Shown: positions 25,385-34,265 of the stretch, piece by piece | Numbering within the stretch: position 1 is the stretch's first letter | How the letters are laid out: each line of letters begins with the position of its first letter | Source of the DNA: Blepharisma stoltei ATCC 30299 | Taxonomy: Eukaryota; Protista; Ciliophora | Assembly (NCBI GenBank): GCA_965603825.1 | Contig: CBFDEM010000046.1 | Span: 62,001 to 126,000 of the forward strand | Reading direction: 5' to 3' | DNA length: 64,000 bases | The notes under the pieces: generated by a model | Seen by the model: only the letters and a program-made list of their open reading frames with translations | Told to the model about the DNA's origin: nothing | Databases searched by the model: none | Made by a program: the position numbers and the translations under genes

Positions 25385-25818
25385 TTTGCTGTGATAAATT
25401 TTGTAAGTGAATTCAGCTAATTTGTGATGAGAAGTTTTGTGAGAGGGTTTTAGGGGAATAAAAGAAGATGAAGTTTTGGGAGGGAGGGGATGATAGGATA
25501 TATTTTTGGGGAAGAGATGGAGATTTGTTATGAATAAAACAATTTATGCTCATTAAAATCCTTATTTTTGGTTTATTATGCTAAATAAAATGATGTTTGT
25601 GTCAGTTTAAGGCACAGAATCTTTACTGGTATTTTAGATATTTTGATTTTTCAATTCTCGAATTTCTTAATTTATTTTAATAAATATTTTTTCACAACTT
25701 TAACTGGCAATTTAACTAATTTTTAGCCAAAAACGCCATCTCATCCAAATATTTGCATTAGTTGAAAATTCCTTAGGTGAATTTGGTACATTTTTCTGGA
25801 CCTAAATAAATAATTAAT

Positions 25819-26607
25819 ATGAACAAACCTCAGTCAATTGTCAAGCTGACACTTCAGGCACGCGATCTAAAAGTCGAAGACCCTAATTCTAATGGTAACA
25901 CATGCTGTAAAATATTCACCAAAACAGTAAATGCAGAAAAATGAGAAGAAGCTGGTGATACTGAATTAGTGACTTCTAGTCTGAACCCAAATTATAAAAA
26001 AGAATTCAAAATTCAGGTCACTTATAAAAAATCAAAATTGATTAAAATAATTATTTACGAGTTCTTTGCAAACGATTTACAGAAGATTGGCAAAGTAGTT
26101 TTCAGTTTATCTGACCTGTCAATAAATGGCCCAACCACATTTAACATCAAAAAATATGACGAAGTTTCAGGCCATATTATCGTTACCAGTCAAATTCACC
26201 ATCTCGACGAACAACTCCGGGTGCAAATTCGAGGTAAAAATCTTGTCAACAAAGATCCCTTCAATTTCCGCTCTCCTTATTTCAAGCTATTTCGGTTAAG
26301 AAAAGGTCAAGATAGTTTCCAATTTTATAAAAGTGAAGTAATCGAAGAAAGCCTGAACCCCCTTTGGAGCCAATCATATTTTAATTTATACGATGTCTGT
26401 GGAGACAATATGAGAATACCAATAAAAATCGAAGTTTGGGACTCAAATCCTCTGCTTAAAGACGTTCTAATGGGAGAAGGGTATACGTCGGTTGATCAAA
26501 TTCTTGATAAAAAATCAATCGTCCTGAGGAAAAATAAAAAATTCAAAGGGGTAATTGAAATAGTGGAAGCTGAGATAATAGACCACAGAATGCGGGCTTC
26601 TTTTTAA
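25819..26607 (+). CDS. Copine-type tandem C2-C2 protein without vWA domain, 262 aa
   Basis: ATG 25819 in frame via TGA=Trp (EK[W]EEAGDTE...SLNPNY); second C2 GKNL..KD....SPYF..YKSEVI..SLNPLW..IKIEVWD. Confidence 0.8.
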
Positions 26608-26667
26608 CTTATAATATGGTTAACTTATTAAATTTGTGATTAAGATATCGTCGGGTGATATTTAAAA

Positions 26668-26934
26668 ATGGGAAGTAATTTGTGTTTATATGACTCCACT
26701 CATAGTGAAGCGTTAAATTCTGCTAGCTATTTCTGAAATGAGCCAGGCTTTAGGAAACTCGGTAAAAGGCAAACACCTTCTAAGAAGTTTTATATAGGGA
26801 CTTTTTATAGAGGAAAAAGATCTATCATCACTGAAGAAGAGCTTTGAGCTGCTATGGTGATTTTAAGAGCATACAAAAGATATAGGGATAGAATGGATCT
26901 TGCCCACAGCAAAATGAAATGGGAATTATACTAA
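26668..26934 (+). CDS. 88-aa acylated IQ-like microprotein absent from the ORF track
   Basis: MGSNLC... (myristoyl/palmitoyl-type N-terminus); two TGA=Trp; AAMVILRAYKRYRDR IQ-like motif; AAAAATG start, TAA stop. Confidence 0.6.
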
Positions 26935-26995
26935 ACTACCTAAAAAATCGCAATTTTGATTAAAATATTTCAATTTTAAAAATAAATGGAGGAAT

Positions 26996-28222
26996 TTAAT
27001 TAAGTATCCTTGCAACAGCTTCATATTCGGAATAGTCCTTGCACAGTGCAAATCTCACAAAGTTATGCCCCAGATGCTTGCTTTGGGGGCTGAAAAATGC
27101 TGAGCAGGGTATTGCACAAATTTTTAAATTTTCTGTCATCCATCTGCAAAATGCGAAATCTGGGCTTCCGTTGGCTAAATATTTTGGGTCAATATCATTA
27201 GGATTTACCCTCCCTAGCAAGAAAAACCCTCCTTCAGGCTCCATAGGCTCGATTTTGAATTTTTTGGTATTTGATAATATTTCATATAAAATTTCTTTTT
27301 TCCTGGAATATTGGTTAGCAATTCATTGATAATAGTCAGGAAAGCCCATATAAGGGTTATCAGCCATTCTAAGCGACCTTGCGACGGCTCCTTGGCATGT
27401 GGTGTTTGAGCAAAAAGTCGTCCACAAATGAGATGTTGAAATTTTTCTCATAATTTCTGGCCCTCCGACAGCCCAGCCTATTTTTCAACCGGTCACAGAA
27501 AAAATTTTCCCTGCGCTGCTGAATGTTGCAGTTCTTTCCCAAAGATTGGAAAAGTCGCATAAGCTTAAATGTTTGTTTTCATTAAATGCAATATGTTCAT
27601 AAACTTCATCAGAAATAATAGCTACATTTGGCCATTTTTCCAAAATCTGAGCTATCTTTTGCAGTTCTTCACTTGAAAACATTTTTCCTAAAGGGTTATG
27701 TGGAGTATTAATGACAAAGACCCTGGTTTTTTCGTTAAAAGCTTGCTCTAATTTTTCAAAATCTACTCCCCATTTTGTCTGTCCAGCTTCTGGTGGAATT
27801 AAAGAAACCAATTTAGGGATTCCTCCAGCTAAAATCGTCTGTGGTACATATAAATCAAAGGAAGGATCAATAATTACGACTTCATCCCCTGTGTCAACCA
27901 TGGACAAAAATGCTGATAATAATCCTTCTGTTGCTCCTTCAGTTACAGCTACTTCTGTCATAGGATTTATGACTCTATTATGTTTTTTTCCATAATGCCG
28001 AGCTATTTCTTCAACTAGAGCTGGGACACCTTGAGGTCTTGAATATTGGTTTTCATTGGAATTTGTAGCATCTGCTAAAGATTCCTTTACAAAATCAGGA
28101 CATGGAAATCCAGGAAACCCTTGACCGAGATTTATTGCTTTATTTTTGATAGCTAAAGGTGTAAACTCAGTCCACACTGTATATTGAAAAGGCTCTAATT
28201 TTTTAGAAATTTGCTTCCACAT
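26996..28222 (-). CDS. KYAT: Kynurenine/glutamine aminotransferase (class I PLP), 408 aa
   Basis: AINLGQGFP, NTPHNPLGK, SDEVYE, SAGKIFSVTG[W]KIGW (TGA at the conserved Trp, 27485; second TGA at 27323), FVRFALCK. Confidence 0.92.
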
Positions 28223-28225
28223 AAA

Positions 28226-29328
28226 TTAATTATTAAAGGTTTTATTTTCATATAAAAAATCCAATAAAAATCTTCGGAATTTGTTAGAGTTTTTGTGGGA
28301 GACGTCTTCTGAGATGCCTAATGTAAAATTTTTAACATGCATAAGTATATAAACGGCTGAGTCGATTTCTTCAAAATCGTTGTCTTCTTCAACATTGGCA
28401 AATGAGAAGTAATTCCTAGATGATTCTTTAATTTCTTGATTTTTGTAATATTCATTTCCCTTTTAAAAAACTCAAAAAACGAATTAAATGCGTCTTCTGA
28501 ATAAGTAAAAGATCTAGTCGGATCATAATAATTTACTTGTCTCTCTCTTAAATTGACTACTAATAGTGTCCAAAATCCAACGAAAACTGGAAATAATAAG
28601 AAATCGTGCTTAAAAATATTTTGGCTCACATGAAAATCTTCAGAGTTACTGAAGACTTTTTTTGATAATTCTATTGATGAGACGAAAACTCTGTCATAAA
28701 TTTTGTCTGTGTTTTTTCTCTCCTGGTTTTTTAGCTTGTAAATACTCAGAATAGCATTTACAACTTTAAGAGAAATCTGTACAAAAGGCTGCAAAGTTGC
28801 TAATTCATCACGAGAAAGCTCATAATTTTTCGTGTGGATCAAAATTTCTGTTGGATCTTTGAAATGGTCAAAAACAGAGCTTCTGAAATGGTCCTTAGGG
28901 TCTTGAAATTTTGAAGGAAAATCAAGCTTTATTGGACAATTTGAAATTATACTGGACTCTCTTGTACTTCTTGCTCTCAGATCAGGGGTTTTAGCAGGCA
29001 TTCGACTTGTGAGACTTGGAGAATATCTATCTAACAGTCTTGGCGATTCCATATAAGGAGTTGGAGCCCTTTGTGTAAGACAAGGGGATAATCTGCCTGA
29101 CAAAGACGGAATTTCGTGTCCTTTTGATTGCAAAAATCTGGGGAGAGATTTTAATTTTAGATTAGTCATACTTGAGATTTTTGAAAATGGGGAAGGCTGG
29201 GCTTGTTTTAAAGATTTTTCGACGCTGTTTCTATCTGAGGCTCTTGATAGGACAGGAGCTGTTTTTGAGGAGCCTGCAGATCTTTTCATATTAGATGAGC
29301 TTGAGTGAAGTGAAAATCTTTGTGCCAT
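28226..29328 (-). pseudogene. Ulp1/SENP-fold pseudoprotease with an apparent 1-nt frameshift near 28450
   Basis: ELSRDELATLQP, FLLFPVFVGFWTLLVV, YYDP; in the -1 frame DSAVYIL...FRRFL-TAA; catalytic His and Cys both replaced. Confidence 0.5.
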
Positions 29329-29583
29329 TATCGTTATATTGCAATACTGGATATTATGAATACTATCATGAAGTTTTAAGGAATTATGAACTAATTTTCT
29401 TTTCAAAATAAAATTATTTTATGCCATTAAATTTCATAAGATTAATCAGTAATATTTTGCAGCTGAATAATATTTGAGAATTGAAAATTATTATATAGTT
29501 GAAAAGAAACCTTTTAAGATCGTAAAACTTGTGGTTTTACCTTAAAAATGAAATTAGTTTGAATTTTTTAAAATTTTAAATTT

Positions 29584-31110
29584 TTAATTAAATTGGTTTG
29601 GCCTATAAGCAGTTATTCGCGGTCTAAAAGTGCAGCCTTCTACTTCATTATCGTAATTTTGTTGTTTTTGGTATTCCAGCTTAGCTTGTGTTATTTGCCT
29701 TATCTCTAACTGCCTTTCATACATATCAGCTCCTTCAAAACTTGTCATTGATAATGATTTTTTCTTCAATGATTTATTTTCTTCAATTATTGGCTTCTTT
29801 TTAATAGTAATAATATTTTTATCTGTGTTGCATAACAACTTGCATAAATTGTCCATAGATTCACAGAATTCTCCAAAGCTTAGCTTCTGGTTTATTGATT
29901 GAAGCTCTTCTAGAAATGGCTTTATAATTTTATAAACGTCTTTTTCTATATTTTCAACATTAATGTTTTCATAGGTAATTTCTCCTTGAGAGTCTGGGGA
30001 AAGCTGTTGATAAATATCAAAATATCTTTCTATTTTGGCTTTTTGAAGAATTTTATTTGACCTCGCCTTGCTATCCATCTCTATTGGCTGATGCGGAAAC
30101 TCTTGTGGTTGAGGACTTTTTCTTTTCAGTCTATACAAAAAATCTCCAATCGGTATATCATTCCTATTCCTTTCAATTGCAGGTGGTCTCCCAATAGAAG
30201 GTTTGAATAACTCTAGACCAGTATCTCTATCTATAGGTAGCTCCATGATTTTTCTTTCATAATCAAGCCTTTCTTCTACATATTTTTTCGATAAAAGCAG
30301 CCTTTCTACAACATCTTCGCAATTACTAGAATTATTACTAATAATATTCGGCCGAAAAGTGCATACTTTTTTTAAGCTATATAAGCCTTACTATTGCTTT
30401 GCCAATACCTCTCTTTTCTTTTTCAGGTCATAAGCCTCATTATACAAATCAGTGAATTTATCCTCAGATGCTGGCCTGCTTCTATTTAAAATCTGCTTGC
30501 TCATAGGATTAACCGTCGGAGTAAAAGTGCATTCTCTTTGCTCAATTGCATATTGAAGCTCTTTTTCCTGGTCAATTTTAAGCAGCCTCAATCTCTCTTT
30601 TTCATATAAATATTCTGCTAGGTGTCTATGTCTTCTTTTATTATTTGAAGGAAATTCACTGATTTTTGGCATAAATGTTAATTCTTTTTTTTCTTTTTCT
30701 TCCTCATATTGTCTTTTCTTTTCGTTTTCTTCTTCAAGTTGATCCATAAACTCAAGGCCTTTATTATAAAGAATTTCCCCAATATTTGTGTTTGAAACTT
30801 TTTTCAGTTTATTAGCTGCCTGGATTCTTTCATAAACAGGCTTAACTGCAGCAGAATTTGCCTTTGCAGACACAAGCTCAGCTGCCTTTTCATGCTCTTC
30901 AACCAGCAGCCCTATTTGGATCGCAATTTGTTCAGAGAGTCGTTTTTCGATTTTTTCGTCCAAATTAAATTTCGCTGCAAATTCGTGCACAATCTCATCA
31001 GGAACGTCATTTTCATGGATAATTAGCTTTTCTTTCCCTAGATTTCCAAGCTCAATGTGCATTATTAAAATTTCTTTTCCTTTTCCATTCGAGAAATCTT
31101 CTTGTTCCAT
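29584..31110 (-). CDS. Hypothetical ciliate protein with repeated (C/L)TFxP motifs, ~503 aa; intron 30377-30391
   Basis: ELTFMP, ECTFTP, VCTFRP, ELFKP and GCTFRP repeats; two ORFs joined by a 15-nt intron. Confidence 0.75.
30377..30391 (-). other. 15-nt intron GTAAGGCTTATATAG
   Basis: Removes in-frame TAG/TAA and joins AKQ-YLKKVCTFRP. Confidence 0.88.
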
Positions 31111-31132
31111 ATATAATATTAATAATTTAGCA

Positions 31133-31777
31133 TTAAATTAAATACTTTTTACTGTGCCGCTTCAGTTTTGAAGTCCTTGATTTAATTACAACGCTGAGAT
31201 TTCCTAATTCTTCTATAAACTCTGAAGTAATTTGCTTTTGCTGAGGAGTTAGAACTGATGTGAGCTCTTTAGGCTTGGAACCAGACCGTGATAAAAGGCT
31301 TTGTTGGGGATAGGCAGTTCCTTCTGTAAGAATTGGCATTCTAGTCCCTAATAGGTTTCTTGAACGATTGATTTTTTCGATTTCTAAGGATAATTTTTGT
31401 ATTGAGAGCTGCTGTGAATTATTTTGGTATCTAAGCTCGCTGTTTTGTTTTAATAAATTTTTATTTTCTTCTTTTGAAATTAATAATTCACGCTGTAAGC
31501 GTTTATTATCTTGTTCAACGATTTTTAGCTGTTTTAAGATTGACTGCTTGCTTTGTTCTGAATAATGCACAGAATCTGATGGTTTTTGAAAGGAATCTTC
31601 GTTATATGAAAGATCAATTTTTTTCTGCTTTTGCGGAGAGTTATTTTGTCGAACTTTTGGGGTAATAGATGAAGAGCGTCCTGGATTTAGAGAAAGTGCT
31701 TGGAGGATTAAAGAATTTATTTCTACCCGGTCTGAGTTCATTCTATTGCTGGAATTTGATAAGGAGTCTCTTCTCAT
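31133..31777 (-). CDS. Hypothetical coiled-coil protein, 214 aa
   Basis: Complete ORF with a central heptad region. Confidence 0.7.
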   Translation of the reverse strand: MRRDSLSNSSNRMNSDRVEINSLILQALSLNPGRSSSITPKVRQNNSPQKQKKIDLSYNEDSFQKPSDSVHYSEQSKQSILKQLKIVEQDNKRLQRELLISKEENKNLLKQNSELRYQNNSQQLSIQKLSLEIEKINRSRNLLGTRMPILTEGTAYPQQSLLSRSGSKPKELTSVLTPQQKQITSEFIEELGNLSVVIKSRTSKLKRHSKKYLI

Positions 31778-31826
31778 AGTCTGTTAATATGCAAAGAAAA
31801 ATTATATAAATTTTTATATCAAAAAT

Positions 31827-31849
31827 TGTTAAGGTGTTAAGGTGTTAAG
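31827..31849 (+). repeat. Short tandem repeat (TGTTAAGG)x~3, one mismatch from the heterotrich telomere unit TGTTAGGG/CCCTAACA
   Basis: TGTTAAGG TGTTAAGG TGTTAAG read directly. Confidence 0.6.
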
Positions 31850-32323
31850 AAAGAATGACATTGTGTAGAGAAAGATGAAAATTAATCTTTAAAACGGAAA
31901 ATGTATAACTTAGAATTATTTTGAATATTATATAAGTTAAGGACTATTTAAGAAGAATCTTGATATCATTCTTATTTTCGGGATTATTAAACTTTTATTT
32001 GGTTTTTTCTTTACCTTCTTAGCTTTTTTCTCTTAAAATACGATTCAAGGGATTTAATTCTTTAATTAGGTTCTTTCTGCAGGACTATTTTACATGAAAA
32101 AGCTCATAAGTTCTTGCAATTCTTATTGCCGCGATTTGTTAGGCTTCACCTTTTCCTCTTCAAAATCTTTTTCAATTAAATGTCTATTTAATTATATCTC
32201 ATTATTTATTATTCATCAATAATAAATTCACTAAATTATCATCTATTATTAATTCCTTGCATTCACAAATTACTATAATCTCTACTATTAAGATTAGTAA
32301 GTTTAGATCAATAAATTATGATC

Positions 32324-33394
32324 TTATGGTTCGTAAGTTCTATCGTGTCCTCCATACCAGCCATGAAGAGCTTCGTCCATCGTCAAATCAACCTTGGCTT
32401 GATAGTCTTGCAAGATTCTCATCAAATTCTGAGGGAATGACACAGGTTTTACCTTCAAGTCTTCAATTTTCAATGCGTCTTTTGATACCACGATGTCCAT
32501 TTGGCTTTCTTCTACATCATTTAAGCTCATATGTCTTGAAAACCCAAACGTATGAGGCATGTATTGGATAAATTTATGGGCTTTTCTATAAGGAATTGAT
32601 CTTACATTTGGTGGCTTTCCAATCTTATTGTAGACGATTTCCATGATTTCTCTGTTAGAATACACATTCGGGCCACCAAGCTCATAAGTTTTTCCTATGG
32701 TTTCAGGCATTCTTAGACAGTTTATTACGCATTGTCCTATGTCCTTATAGTAAATTGGCTGTCTGAGTTCTTTCGCGTCATCAATAACCGGTAGATAATC
32801 GATCATCTGCTGAATCAGTCCCATTCTAGTCACGTAGTTATCATATTCTCCAAAAATTGTAGTGGGTCTTAGAATCGTCACATTAGGGTATGCTGCTTTG
32901 ACTTCTTGTTCCCCATGCCATTTAGTTTGAAGACGTGGCGAAGTGCTTGCTGGGTCAATGCCGACTGCTGAAAAGTGAATGAGCCTCAAAATGTCTGGAT
33001 TCCTTGCACAGGCTTCTGCTATTCTTCTTGGAACTGTGACATTTGACTCATAAAGAGTATCGTAGTCTCTTATATAGTGATAGCCTCCAATTGTATTGAT
33101 AACTACATTAGCGTTTTCTAGGACTTGGTCGAGGATATCTGGGTCCTTTAAATCTAGCTGCTGTCTGAAAGAAATAAACTTGAAGTTTCCAATTCTTAAA
33201 TAGTCAACCCATTTTGAAGATGTTCTGCATGGGATTAAGACTTGAGCATGGATATTGGTTAAAAGTCCTATTGCGGCTCGAGCAATTTGTGAGCTGGAGC
33301 CAAAAACGACAGCTTTGATCATGGAAGTTGAGGAGCGATCATTGACGTGGAGAATTGAGGATTTGATAGTCCTTCTCATAGCTGCTGATATCAT
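32324..33394 (-). CDS. NDUFA9: Complex I 39-kDa subunit (NDUFA9, SDR fold)
   Basis: Mitochondrial presequence; RSS...AVVFG, VVINTIG, RLIHFSA, K..GEQEVK..YPNVTILRP..IFG..D, QPIY..D, GKTYELGGP. Confidence 0.9.
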   Translation of the reverse strand: MISAAMRRTIKSSILHVNDRSSTSMIKAVVFGSSSQIARAAIGLLTNIHAQVLIPCRTSSKWVDYLRIGNFKFISFRQQLDLKDPDILDQVLENANVVINTIGGYHYIRDYDTLYESNVTVPRRIAEACARNPDILRLIHFSAVGIDPASTSPRLQTKWHGEQEVKAAYPNVTILRPTTIFGEYDNYVTRMGLIQQMIDYLPVIDDAKELRQPIYYKDIGQCVINCLRMPETIGKTYELGGPNVYSNREIMEIVYNKIGKPPNVRSIPYRKAHKFIQYMPHTFGFSRHMSLNDVEESQMDIVVSKDALKIEDLKVKPVSFPQNLMRILQDYQAKVDLTMDEALHGWYGGHDRTYEP

Positions 33395-33709
33395 TTTATA
33401 TGAGAATTATAATAAGTTTATGATGATTATTAAATTTGTGGAGAATATAAGGATTTTAGATCTGGGTGAAAAGGAGTTGAAAATAAAGCAATTGAAATAA
33501 GGAAATTAATGATCTAATAAGATAAGTTGATGATAGCAGGTCTCAATATTTTTGAAAAAATTACTATTGATTTAGACTATTTAATTCACTTATTGTAAAA
33601 TAAAGAAACTATTTTAAAAGCTCTTTTGAATTTCTAAATTTTCATACAATTAGATTGGCTTATACTTTGCATTTATAGTCTCTACTTTCAACTGCTGTTT
33701 TACAAAATA

Positions 33710-34221
33710 GCCCTATATGCTACCCCACGAAGTAGCAGATGGCTTCTACCTTTGGATGATCTGGGGACGAAGTTCTAGATTTCTTGGTAGAGATTTCCTT
33801 AAGATTAACCCATTCATATTTTGCTGGAACCTCTTTCCAACCCAAGCCATCAGCCATGCTAAGCCAACCCTGAAAAATCCTGTCTTATTGCTCTTTCTAT
33901 CAGTCCTCTTAAGCTGGAGAGACTTGAATCCTAAAGAGCTACCTTTTCTTTATGCCCTCCAAACGAAAAACTTAACTGATTTATGTCATTTATGACAGGC
34001 TCTCATTAGTCTGAAAGTTAAGTTGCCCTGATTCTATTAGAAAACTATATCTGGGCTGCTAATAAAAAATATGCTAAAGCAGCCTATCAAGTCATGCTAC
34101 TCACTGATGCTGTGCTGAGATTCTCATGAAGCTTGCCAGCCTTAGTCAGCTCTTTGCCTTAAAACATTACGTTCAGACACACTTTAGGGCACTAGCCGCT
34201 GAGAGCGCAGGCCACCGTCTA
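33710..34221 (-). ncRNA. Candidate structured non-coding RNA, family not identified
   Basis: ~42% GC by my count against very AT-rich flanks; several complementary helices; G-U pairs favour the minus strand; no convincing protein. Confidence 0.4.
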
Positions 34222-34265
34222 TTTTATGTATTAATTTTCATATACTTAATATTTCATAAATAATC

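Noticed and set aside
33717-34040. 92-107 aa plus-strand ORF and a 45-aa minus-strand ORF in the GC island
   Set aside because: No recognisable motif, atypical composition, and they cover only part of the island; not fully excluded
33710-34221. Specific calls of telomerase RNA, SRP, U3/U6, group I intron, TPP riboswitch or hammerhead
   Set aside because: Only isolated short matches; template, helix-8, box or catalytic core motifs are absent or in the wrong order
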